From NCBI GenBank assembly GCA_964593655.1, contig CAZQIP010000206.1, forward strand, positions 16,963 through 80,962: a stretch of 64,000 bases of DNA, given 5' to 3'. Below are positions 19,787 to 28,717 of the stretch, piece after piece. Under the pieces are notes generated by a model. The model searched no databases. It was not told the DNA's origin and worked only from the letters and a program-made list of their open reading frames with translations. The number at the start of each line of letters is the position of its first letter. The first letter of the stretch is position 1. Position numbers and translations under genes: made by a program. Source of the DNA: an uncultured bacterium. Its GTDB lineage: Bacteria > Poribacteria > WGA-4E > WGA-3G.

Positions 19787-21232
19787 TTAAAAGATCCCGG
19801 CAATTGGTTCACCCTTCACCAATTCGCGGGGTTGATCTAAATGGTTGTAGACGATCGTATGCGGATCAATACCAAGGGTGTGGTAGACCGTAGCGAGGAT
19901 GTCGCGTGGATGCACCGGATTCTCAAGCGGTGTTGAACCTGTCGCATCGGACTTGCCGTAAACCTGTCCGCCTTTGACACCTGCGCCTGCGATTAACCCT
20001 GTGTAGCAATAGGGCCAGTGGTCGCGTCCATCAGGTGCGTTGCTATTACCGGAGGTGCTAATACCCATCCGTGGCGAGCGTCCGAATTCACCGATCGCCA
20101 AGACAAGTGTATCCTCTAACATCCCGCGCTGATCCAAGTCTTCGAGCAGTGAGGAGACAGCACTATCTAACTTCGGACAGTGGAGGTTCTTCAATGGGCC
20201 GAAGTTTGTTGCGTGCGTATCCCACGCAGTCGTGTTCGGATCGCCATTTGCGACTGAGGGCCAGTTCACCTGAACGAAGCGCGTGCCAGCCTCGACCAAT
20301 CGGCGAGCAAGGAGTGCGCTCTGCCCGAAGGTGTGTCTACCATAGCGATCACGCATCTCATCGGGTTCTTGTGACAGATCGAAAGCATTACGTGCCCGCT
20401 GCGACAAGATGAGATTGTACGCCTTCTCATAATACTCGTTCAAGGCATAGGAGTCCGCCACCTTATCAATTTCGGGCATACCGGCGTTAATCGTCTCAAG
20501 GAGGTTTTTCCGGCGTTTCAAGCGCACGGGTGGCACCTCTGGCCGCAAGCTTAAGTCATCAAGGTTAATATCTTGATTCGGATCCTGGAAGAGGAAGTAC
20601 GGATCGTAGGCTCTCCCTAAGAAACCGGCGTTTCCGCCTTTACCGATGATATTACTCTCTTGCATCGGACGCGGAAGTTGTACTGCCGCGAGCATCGGTT
20701 CATCGGGGGGTCGGTAATTTGAGATATGCGCTGCGGCATTCGGATGGTCGGCAGGCGAAGGTGGATCAAGTTGCCCTGAAGGGGCGACCTTATCCGGTGT
20801 TTCGCCAGTAACCATTTGATACATCGCAGCCGTGTGGTTGAAAAGCCCTGCCGGTGTGTAGCTGACCGAACGGATCAAGCAGGCTTTGTCCATCTGCTGT
20901 GCCAAACGCGGCATTGTCTCAGATAACTGAATCCCCGGCACGTTGGTCGGGATCGGTTTGAATTCACCGCGAATATTTGAAGGTGCATCGGGTTTTGGGT
21001 CCCAGATATCGAGGTGGCTAGGCCCGCCTTGTAAAAAGAGAAGGATGACCGAGTTGGCTTTTCCCCATCCGTTTAGCGGTTTAGCGGGGTCAACTGCCGT
21101 ATTCGCGTTCGCTTGGAGTGACAATACCTGTGGCAGACTAATGCCGAGCATCGCCGCACCACCGACACGTAGAAATTCACGACGTGAGAACCCGTCACAC
21201 AAGCGTCCGGGTAATTGTGGTAACGATAACAT
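19787..21232 (-). CDS. DUF1501-domain protein (sulfatase-like fold), Tat signal
   Basis: 481 aa. SRREFLRVGGAAMLG leader; FLQGGPSHLDIWDPKP and GRDHWPYCYTGLIAGAGVKGG motifs typical of DUF1501. Confidence 0.85.
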   Translation of the reverse strand: MLSLPQLPGRLCDGFSRREFLRVGGAAMLGISLPQVLSLQANANTAVDPAKPLNGWGKANSVILLFLQGGPSHLDIWDPKPDAPSNIRGEFKPIPTNVPGIQLSETMPRLAQQMDKACLIRSVSYTPAGLFNHTAAMYQMVTGETPDKVAPSGQLDPPSPADHPNAAAHISNYRPPDEPMLAAVQLPRPMQESNIIGKGGNAGFLGRAYDPYFLFQDPNQDINLDDLSLRPEVPPVRLKRRKNLLETINAGMPEIDKVADSYALNEYYEKAYNLILSQRARNAFDLSQEPDEMRDRYGRHTFGQSALLARRLVEAGTRFVQVNWPSVANGDPNTTAWDTHATNFGPLKNLHCPKLDSAVSSLLEDLDQRGMLEDTLVLAIGEFGRSPRMGISTSGNSNAPDGRDHWPYCYTGLIAGAGVKGGQVYGKSDATGSTPLENPVHPRDILATVYHTLGIDPHTIVYNHLDQPRELVKGEPIAGIF

Positions 21233-21254
21233 CTATTGTTTCCTCCGTTTTTTG

Positions 21255-21358
21255 GTAGTTGTCAGTTCGGTTTTCTGCGAAAATCTTTCAGTTTTCGGAA
21301 AAAAACTTCAGGACTATTCAAAACCTCTTGTAACTGATAACTGACAACTGACAACTAA
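21255..21358. repeat. Intergenic palindromic element, family A
   Basis: GTAGTTGTCAGTTCGGTTTTCTGCGAAAATCTTTCAGTTTTCGG...CCTCTTGTAACTGATAACTGACAACTGACAACTA. Confidence 0.8.
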
Positions 21359-21365
21359 TAACCAT

Positions 21366-23870
21366 TTAGCGATTGAATAAGAAGGCGGGACTGTTAATCA
21401 ATGCCCACAACAGGTCTTGCGCGCCTTCTTCCTTAGATTCAGCGTTCGCGATATGTTCAACCGCTACTGCATATTCGTTCTTCTCTGGTAACCGAGAAAA
21501 TGTTGCGAGATATAATTCTTCAACGAGTGCTCGGTCATCTTGATTCGTTTTGATGAGTTGTGCAATACGCCCTTTTGGATCAATGAGTGCTTCTGCGACC
21601 GTGGGTCCATTAATGAGGTTCATTGCGTGTGCAAGGCTAACCTCAGTGGTGCGTTCACATTCACACGAGGTTTCGCGTTCGGGTCTACCAAACAGTTTCA
21701 AAAATCCGTCATCTTTGACTTTACTGTCTGGTAATTGCACAGCACGGAAGTTTTTGGGTACCTCTTGGAACCGGGGTCGGCTTCCTGTTGCAACGCCGAT
21801 AGCGTCTAACAACTGCTCTGCTGTCAAGCGTCTTGCGACCGCGTGTGAGAAGTTAATTGTATCTGACTTGTTCCACTGATTCGTCTTGATACTTTGTTGA
21901 TAGGTTCGGGAACGAGTGACCGTCTTCATGATATGCTTCATGTCGAATCCACTGTCCACGAAATCCATCGTCAATGCATCGAGCAGTTCAGGGTTGCTCG
22001 GTGGATTACTCGTGCGGATATCATCCACAGGTTCAATAATCCCGCGTCCCATGAAGTAACTCCAAAGACGATTCACACCGGCGCGTGCGAACATCGGATT
22101 ATCCTTGGAGGTGAGCCACGTTGCGAGCATCTGCTGCTTATCGTCGGTTTCTGCCACAACTTCCCCGAATGGAACTGAGGGTTCAACGGCAGCTAAGGTT
22201 CGTGGGTGTTTCACAGGGGTTGCGGTGTAACTCGCGTAGACGATTTCATCACCGGGTAGTTGCCCCTGTTTCACATTGACATCCGCGAAGAACGCTCCGA
22301 GTTCATAGTACTGGTTTTGCGTCCATTTCTCAAACGGATGGTCGTGGCATTTGTTGCATGAGAACCGAACGCCTAAGAACAGCTGCGTTGTGTTTTCGAC
22401 TGCAGCGGTATATTCGCGGGATACACGGAAATAACTTGCCGCGGGATTCGCGTAGGTGCTTCCGGTCGCTGTAATCAGGTCTCGTACAAACTGGTCATAC
22501 GGACGATTCTGAGCGATCGCCTGATGGATCCACTGCTGGAAGAGCCAGACACCGCGTTCACCGAGGAATTTGCGGTTAGACTGTAGTAGGTCTGCCCACT
22601 TATGGGTCCAGTGGTCAATAAACTCTGGTGTTTCGGCGAGTGTGTCAATGAGTTTCTCGCGTTTGGTTTTAGAGGCGGTGGTATCAGCAAGGAAACTCCG
22701 CGCCTGCTCGGGGGTTGGCGGGAGACCTGTCAGATCGAAATAGATGCGCCGTACAAACTCTTCATCCGTGCAAAGTTCAGAAGGCAGGATTTTCATTCGT
22801 TTCAGTTTATTGTGCACGTGCGTATCAATATAGTTATACTCAGGCGTTTGAACCCATTTATAACCGCTTCTGTCGCCCATAACGATAATGCCATTCGTGC
22901 TGTAGGCACCTTCATATCGGGTGAGGATAGCGGTTTCGCCACGACGCTCTGCGGTTACCACACCGTCGTCCGTAATTTTTGCGACGTCATTAAGGCTGCT
23001 CGTGAATTTCGCCTCACGGGTGACATCTCGCGTTGTGCCATCGGGATAGTGCGCGATGACAATCAGCTGCTGCTTCATACCGGGCATAGCGAGTTCAGCG
23101 GAATCGGGTAAGACTTCTAACCTTTCGACGCGCTGTGTTGTTTTGACATCAGAATTTGCGCCTTCTGCTATCCATTGGCGGATGAGCTCGTAATCTCGCG
23201 AGCCGGGTACGATCACCTGTCCACCTTTGTGTGGCACTTCCGATGTCGGCTTGAGCAACATCAGACTCTGTTCGGGAAATGCCCGATTAAACCGTCTGCC
23301 GGATATGTCCTCAATCAAGAGTTCATAATCAAAATCGGGATCGTAGCCACGGAGTGAAAGTTTGAATCCATTTTTACCTTTTGCTGCACCGTGACATGTG
23401 CCGTTATTACATCCAGCATGGCTCAGGAGCGGCATGACATCTCGTACGAAACTGACAGGTGGTGCTTGCATGCCCTTGACCTCTACGGGCAATTCGGTAC
23501 TCACGCCGCTGACAGTAATGACGATTTTCGTTGCGCCAACTGCCATCGGGAAGATATAGCCATCTTCATGCACCTTTACGCCAGCCGTAGCAGGTGTTAG
23601 CGTCGCCCACGGCGTCACATCTACATAAGTGCCATCTTTTGTCTTTCCTGACACGAGTACGCGTCTGCCATCGCGTGCGTGCTCGAATGTCAGTGACTCC
23701 GGATGAACCCTCAACTCCGTTAAAGCGATGCTGGCAAGCCACTGTTCCGCTGTCGGCACTTCGGCACTTGCTGGCCGCGCCATTTCACTATGCGCTGTTA
23801 ACTGGAACGCGAAGCAGATGGAAAATGCAACAAGGAATATTGTTACAAAGTTAAACCTGGGTTTCATCAA
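21366..23870 (-). CDS. DUF1549/DUF1553 (PSD1-type) protein with Big_2-like and cytochrome-like N-terminal modules
   Basis: 834 aa. Signal peptide; AGCNNGTCHGAAKGKNGFKLSLRGYDP; CNKCHDHPFEKWTQNQYYELGAFF; C-terminal LLWALINSPAFLFNR. This is the classic partner of DUF1501 in PVC genomes. Confidence 0.85.
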   Translation of the reverse strand: MMKPRFNFVTIFLVAFSICFAFQLTAHSEMARPASAEVPTAEQWLASIALTELRVHPESLTFEHARDGRRVLVSGKTKDGTYVDVTPWATLTPATAGVKVHEDGYIFPMAVGATKIVITVSGVSTELPVEVKGMQAPPVSFVRDVMPLLSHAGCNNGTCHGAAKGKNGFKLSLRGYDPDFDYELLIEDISGRRFNRAFPEQSLMLLKPTSEVPHKGGQVIVPGSRDYELIRQWIAEGANSDVKTTQRVERLEVLPDSAELAMPGMKQQLIVIAHYPDGTTRDVTREAKFTSSLNDVAKITDDGVVTAERRGETAILTRYEGAYSTNGIIVMGDRSGYKWVQTPEYNYIDTHVHNKLKRMKILPSELCTDEEFVRRIYFDLTGLPPTPEQARSFLADTTASKTKREKLIDTLAETPEFIDHWTHKWADLLQSNRKFLGERGVWLFQQWIHQAIAQNRPYDQFVRDLITATGSTYANPAASYFRVSREYTAAVENTTQLFLGVRFSCNKCHDHPFEKWTQNQYYELGAFFADVNVKQGQLPGDEIVYASYTATPVKHPRTLAAVEPSVPFGEVVAETDDKQQMLATWLTSKDNPMFARAGVNRLWSYFMGRGIIEPVDDIRTSNPPSNPELLDALTMDFVDSGFDMKHIMKTVTRSRTYQQSIKTNQWNKSDTINFSHAVARRLTAEQLLDAIGVATGSRPRFQEVPKNFRAVQLPDSKVKDDGFLKLFGRPERETSCECERTTEVSLAHAMNLINGPTVAEALIDPKGRIAQLIKTNQDDRALVEELYLATFSRLPEKNEYAVAVEHIANAESKEEGAQDLLWALINSPAFLFNR

Positions 23871-23947
23871 AAACTCGGCGTGGAAACCTTCCGACTGTAA
23901 TCGACGGAGGGGACGCCGTCCTCCTTTTTAATGGTTGTCGGAGGAAA

Positions 23948-24073
23948 TAGTTGTCAGTTTTAACCATCAACTCATGCCTTAACATTTATAACGGAGTCGA
24001 GTTGATAGTTAAAGTTAAGAGTAAAGCCTTCATGTATCAAATCGTCCTCTTAACTGATAACTGAAAACTATTC
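23948..24073. repeat. Intergenic palindromic element, family A
   Basis: AATAGTTGTCAGTTTTAACCATCAACTC...GAGTTGATAGTTAAAGTTAAGAG...CCTCTTAACTGATAACTGAAAACTATT, with nested inverted repeats. Confidence 0.75.
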
Positions 24074-24143
24074 CAATGAATGTTTGATTGTTGTTCGCCT
24101 GCCTCAATCTATCATCTATGTTAATTCTGTGTCAATAAATAAT

Positions 24144-25064
24144 TCACGAAAGATCCCAAAGCAAGACAGAGTTATCTTCACTTGCGCTTGCGAGTAAACT
24201 ACCGTCAGGTGCATAAGCGACGTTCCTGACACTACCGGTATGCCCTGTGAGTGTGTTTTTCGATTTGCCTGCCTTCGCATCCCATAGACGCACTGTACCA
24301 TCACTACTACTACTTGCGAGCGTTGCACCATCAGGAGAATACGCAACACTCCAGACATAACCTCTATGTCCTGTGAGTGTGTCCTTGGTTTCACCTGTTA
24401 TCACATCCCAGAGACGTACTGTGCGGTCGGTACTCCCACTGGCAAGGGTTTCGCCATTGGGAGCATAGACAGCAGCATTGACAATATGCTTATGTCCCGC
24501 GAGTGCCGCTTTGTGCTGTCCAGTGGCAGCATCCCATAGTAGGACGGTATCATCTCCACTGCCGGCTGCGATCGTGCTTCCATCAGGAGAATATGTGACA
24601 GACCTAATAGAGAACTGGTCCAGTGTGAGGGTATTTTTAACTTCCCCTGTGCTTACATCCCACAAACGTACCGTGCCATCAGGACTTCCACTCGCGATCG
24701 TGTTCCCATCAGGAGAAAAGGTAACGCTTCTAACAGCGTCAGTATGTCCAGTGAGCGTTGCTGTCGGAGCCCCGCTGGTTGCATCCCACAGCACAACGGT
24801 GTTGTCAATACTTCCACTTGCGATTGCCCCGCCATCAGGTGAAAAGGCGACACACCTGACGTATTCTTTGTGCTCTACAAGTAGATTGAGCCCTGTTGCA
24901 CTCTCTACATCGTAGACCCAAACGCCAATGTCGCAGGCGACTGCGAGTTGTGTCCCGTCCGGTGAGAAGGCTATATCTCCAGTTAGGTTTCCTTGATCAA
25001 GTCGTGCTTTGACTCCTTCAGGTAGATTCAATTGTATTTCTTCTCCAACTTTTAGATTTTCCAA
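24144..25064 (-). CDS. WD40-repeat protein (7 units), short paralog lacking signal peptide, dockerin repeats and CTD
   Basis: 306 aa. LNLPEGVKARLDQGNLTGDIAFSPDG box, then xSPDGxxIASGSxDxTVRLWD units. The ORF starts at TTG 25064, so the start is uncertain. Confidence 0.75.
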   Translation of the reverse strand: MENLKVGEEIQLNLPEGVKARLDQGNLTGDIAFSPDGTQLAVACDIGVWVYDVESATGLNLLVEHKEYVRCVAFSPDGGAIASGSIDNTVVLWDATSGAPTATLTGHTDAVRSVTFSPDGNTIASGSPDGTVRLWDVSTGEVKNTLTLDQFSIRSVTYSPDGSTIAAGSGDDTVLLWDAATGQHKAALAGHKHIVNAAVYAPNGETLASGSTDRTVRLWDVITGETKDTLTGHRGYVWSVAYSPDGATLASSSSDGTVRLWDAKAGKSKNTLTGHTGSVRNVAYAPDGSLLASASEDNSVLLWDLS

Positions 25065-25221
25065 TGAAAGATATTTTTTGGCATAACTTGTAAGCCAAAA
25101 CTTGCTGTTGCTAATGGTTCATAAGTTCATATACGTGTGACGTGCTGGCACCTTGTGGTACGTGGCAATGTGACGTAATTTCGGAATTTTTATTGTTAGG
25201 TTCGCGAGAGGAGATCTTGCG

Positions 25222-26076
25222 CTATTCCTGATGCTTCAAGTGTCCCCACACTATTGGTAATTTATCACCAGCAGAAACATCCAAGAATTCGGATTCACTC
25301 GCTAACCAGTTGATAACGTTTTCTGTAAGTTTCTCTATCTGATCAATACTCTCGTTGTTCTTATGATAATTCGGGAGCCGCCAATTCATGTTGAACACTT
25401 TTCCGTCCCCAGCTTCCCAATAACCGAACGCTGCAATCCTATCGGTGTAATTGGTACCGCCCTCCCAAGCATGCGCAAGGGTGGTAAAATTCTTCCAAAT
25501 CGTATCAAAATAGTCACCACTTACGGGATAGCCAGTTGAATTGACCCGAATCCAATCATCGACTTTCGGTGTTTTCCCATCAACATTCTCGAGTCCGTCT
25601 ACCAACCCGAGTTCCAACGTCTCTTTGAGGACAATAATACCGACATTACTTCCATCGTCCTCAACGGGTCCAAATTTTCGTGGTTCCGCGTTTTCTAATC
25701 CCAACGGTGTAGCGTACCGGATAGCCGCGCCTGTTAGCAGCACTGCGCCGCCGCTTTCAGCGTAATCCATGAACGCATCAATTTCTGCGTCGGATAACCC
25801 GCCCGGATCTTCATCGCCATCATGCCACCAAACAACAGCGAACTGCTTGAAGGTATCACTCTTCAAGTCTGCTTTTGCGAGTTTTTTTGTATTGAACGTT
25901 TTTTCAGCAAATTCCAATGCGGGTGCAGTAAAGTCGCCTTCTTTGCCAAGATTAACAAACCCGACTTCCACTGCAGCATTCCCCATACTTATACCAAAAC
26001 AGAGAAGAAATGTCAAGTAAATTACGATTTGGCGAAACTTGTTAGCCAAATCTTGCGATTTAAAAATCCGTTCCAT
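25222..26076 (-). CDS. Hypothetical secreted protein
   Basis: 284 aa with signal/TM IVIYLTFLLCFGISMGNA. The VVWWHDGDEDPGG...ESGGAVLLTGAA segment suggests a class-I glutamine-amidotransferase-like/ThuA-like fold (weak). Confidence 0.5.
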   Translation of the reverse strand: MERIFKSQDLANKFRQIVIYLTFLLCFGISMGNAAVEVGFVNLGKEGDFTAPALEFAEKTFNTKKLAKADLKSDTFKQFAVVWWHDGDEDPGGLSDAEIDAFMDYAESGGAVLLTGAAIRYATPLGLENAEPRKFGPVEDDGSNVGIIVLKETLELGLVDGLENVDGKTPKVDDWIRVNSTGYPVSGDYFDTIWKNFTTLAHAWEGGTNYTDRIAAFGYWEAGDGKVFNMNWRLPNYHKNNESIDQIEKLTENVINWLASESEFLDVSAGDKLPIVWGHLKHQE

Positions 26077-26338
26077 GCTCGCTCCTTATGTGTTCACGCA
26101 AAACAACGTGTGTTCACTTGCATACCAAATAATAGCACATTTCAAAAATAGGATCGATGGACAGTCAGGCTTCTCTTTTATGATGTCTGTCTATAGATAA
26201 TATCATGCAATAATGTTTTTGTCAAAGTATTCTGAATGCAGGTCGCATTTGGGCGAGTACGCCGCAAATCGCGGATTTACGCGGATTTCAAGGAACTATC
26301 TGTTAAATCAACACCCAATATGTATTGGCATCCGAGAT

Positions 26339-26370
26339 AAATCGGGCTTACAAAGCATTCCTACAAGAAC
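26339..26370. repeat. Short dispersed motif, family B
   Basis: AAATCGGGCTTACAAAGCATTCCTACAAGAAC; near-identical to 30341..30372. Confidence 0.6.
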
Positions 26371-26428
26371 ATAACACATCTGGCACAAAATTCGGGGCCT
26401 CCATCTATAAATGCGAGTTTGGCTTCTC

Positions 26429-27196
26429 CTACCCCACGCGGAGTCGTTCGTTGCCCATTTCGACGAAACCTGGTTCAATTTCAAACCCGATGAAATCTCG
26501 CTGATGTCGTTGACACACCACAGGACAAGTCCCTACACCAGCAAAAGGATCAAGAACCAGATCGCCGGGTGATGAACTTGCTAATACAATTCGCTCGATT
26601 AACTTCTCTGGTTTCTGGATCGTATTGAGTGCCTTCTTGTTCACTAATTCCTTCGACTTATAGGTTAGCTGTTTTATATCACCCCAGACATCTCCGGGAT
26701 TTTTTCCTTTCGGATTGTATTTCGTCTTTCCAAACTTGCCATTTGTCACGGATGGCACCTTTTCACACCGAAGTCGATGCTCTAACTCAACAAGTTGCGA
26801 AACTCTAATAGCATCCAAGTTATAACACTGCGGCTTTTTGCCTTTGATGAAATAGCAGATAATGTCGTAGTTATTGGTGTAATTGATGCGTCCCTGTGCG
26901 AGTCTGCTCGGTTGATACCATACAATTTTTGAACGGAGGTTCAAAAACTTTCGATAATCTATAAAGTCAATACAATCGGGTTTACCGAACAGATAAAGTG
27001 CGCCACCATCTTTCAGCTTCGGCGTGAACTTTTTAATGAGTGCAAGATTAAATTCCTGAATTGAGGAAATTTCATCCCACGAATTCTCTGTTACACCATA
27101 CGGTCCGTCGCATACAATCAGATCTACCGAAGCATCTTGGATCTCTTTCAGTAGTGTAAATGTGTCCCCACAATGAATGGTGTTGCGTTCAAGCAT
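26429..27196 (-). CDS. DNA methyltransferase, beta-class N6-adenine/N4-cytosine (N6_N4_Mtase family), no cognate nuclease seen
   Basis: 255 aa. Motif IV DLIVCDGPYG is N-terminal and motif I VLDPFAGVGT is C-terminal, which is the beta-class order. Confidence 0.85.
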   Translation of the reverse strand: MLERNTIHCGDTFTLLKEIQDASVDLIVCDGPYGVTENSWDEISSIQEFNLALIKKFTPKLKDGGALYLFGKPDCIDFIDYRKFLNLRSKIVWYQPSRLAQGRINYTNNYDIICYFIKGKKPQCYNLDAIRVSQLVELEHRLRCEKVPSVTNGKFGKTKYNPKGKNPGDVWGDIKQLTYKSKELVNKKALNTIQKPEKLIERIVLASSSPGDLVLDPFAGVGTCPVVCQRHQRDFIGFEIEPGFVEMGNERLRVG

Positions 27197-27220
27197 AATA
27201 CGGCAGAACGTCCTCTATAT

Positions 27221-28696
27221 TTACATCGGTCCCACCCGCCGCGGTCCTATGTCTATGGCAAACATAGACGCGTCGAAATTCTGTTTCAATAGTTCCAGTT
27301 TGATGTCCTGTTTATCGGGTGCATGCCAGAGATTGTTAAACTCGTCGGGGTCATCGATTAAGTCGTAGAGTTCTCCCTCCTCGTGTCCGTGATAGACTAC
27401 CAATTTGTAACGTTTATCCCGATACATTGTTGCATAAGAGTGGTCGCGGCCATTGACAGCATCATAATATTCACACCGGACAAAGTCGCGGTGCTGGTTT
27501 GCGTCCGCCTCACCGCGAAGGATAGGCAGTAGCGATCGTCCATGCATGCCTTCAGGGGGTGTTAAGCCCGCTAATTCCAAAAGTGTCGGTGCTTTGTCAA
27601 CGAGTTCAACGAGTGCGTTGCTTTTGAGACCGTTCACGAACTGTCCTTGCCATGCAAAAATCAACGGCACTCTGACTAAGCCTTCGTAAAATCGGCACCC
27701 TTTCTGAATCAATCCGTGGTCGCCGAGCGTTTCTCCGTGGTCACTCGTGAAAATAATGACGGTATTTTCGCGTTGTCCTGTTTCTTCAAGTGTTTCAAGC
27801 ATTCTACCCAACTGCTCGTCAATGAGTTGGATCATCGCGTAATAAGCGGCTTTGAGCGTCTTGGCATCCGTTGCCCCGACTGTATTCGTCTCTTGGCGCG
27901 GGGTCTGCCCCTTCCCAGTAACGGGTGGGGACCCCGGTAAAATCGGGCTGCGGATGTCCAATTCATCAGGTGTTCGGACTTTGGATTGAAAATCGACTAC
28001 TTGTAAACGGGTCTGCTGTTCGAGATCGCTATTTCGGAAGAGCGGTTCTGGCATCTCCGCTGGATTAAATTGCTCTCGGTACGTCTGTGGCGGATTGAAG
28101 GGTGGATGCGGATCGTAGATATTGACGCTCGCCAGCCACGGGCCATCGCGTTCTTCACGGATGAATTCGATTGTCTTTTCCGCGCACCATGTCGTCTGAT
28201 GCAATTCCGGTGGCACGCCTTCTGGATTTCGATTCAATTCGCCTAAAATATAACCTTTCGAGCGTACCCAATCCGCGTAGTCATGCCCTTGTTCCCAATC
28301 GTCACGTGGCGCATGGCTGTACTGCCAATAGCGGTATCCGTCGTTTGTACGTGGTTCTATTCGACGGTAAGCACTCGCAAGATGGAGTTTGCCAATCAGA
28401 CCGCAATCATAGCCGATGTCTGCGAGGGTCCGCGTCACAAGCGGATACGCGTCAGGAAAGAAATCGTTTCCGTTACGATTTGCGTGCGTTGCGTTTGGGT
28501 ACATACCTGTGAGAAAACTCGCCCGACTCGGCGTACAGATGGGGCTTTGGCAGTAGGCATGCGTGAACGCGACACCGTCTTCCACAAGGCTATCAATGTT
28601 CGGCGTTGATACGTACGGGTTACCCAACGCCCCGATTGTATCGTAACGCTGCTGATCTGTGCAAACCCAGAGAATATTGGGTGCTTTAAGAGCCAT
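27221..28696 (-). CDS. Sulfatase (formylglycine-dependent)
   Basis: 491 aa. ILWVCTDQQR, CQSPICTPSRASFLTGMYP, FTSDHGE. Confidence 0.9.
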   Translation of the reverse strand: MALKAPNILWVCTDQQRYDTIGALGNPYVSTPNIDSLVEDGVAFTHAYCQSPICTPSRASFLTGMYPNATHANRNGNDFFPDAYPLVTRTLADIGYDCGLIGKLHLASAYRRIEPRTNDGYRYWQYSHAPRDDWEQGHDYADWVRSKGYILGELNRNPEGVPPELHQTTWCAEKTIEFIREERDGPWLASVNIYDPHPPFNPPQTYREQFNPAEMPEPLFRNSDLEQQTRLQVVDFQSKVRTPDELDIRSPILPGSPPVTGKGQTPRQETNTVGATDAKTLKAAYYAMIQLIDEQLGRMLETLEETGQRENTVIIFTSDHGETLGDHGLIQKGCRFYEGLVRVPLIFAWQGQFVNGLKSNALVELVDKAPTLLELAGLTPPEGMHGRSLLPILRGEADANQHRDFVRCEYYDAVNGRDHSYATMYRDKRYKLVVYHGHEEGELYDLIDDPDEFNNLWHAPDKQDIKLELLKQNFDASMFAIDIGPRRVGPM

Positions 28697-28717
28697 TCAT
28701 CAGCCTCTTCGTGTGTG

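Noticed and set aside
24126-24146. TGA stop of the WD40 gene 24144..25064 tested as a possible Sec codon
   Set aside because: In-frame read-through hits another TGA after 3 codons. There is no CxxC context and no downstream domain.
27177-27368. 63-aa plus-strand ORF spanning the MTase/sulfatase junction
   Set aside because: It is antisense to two well-supported genes and has no motif or RBS.
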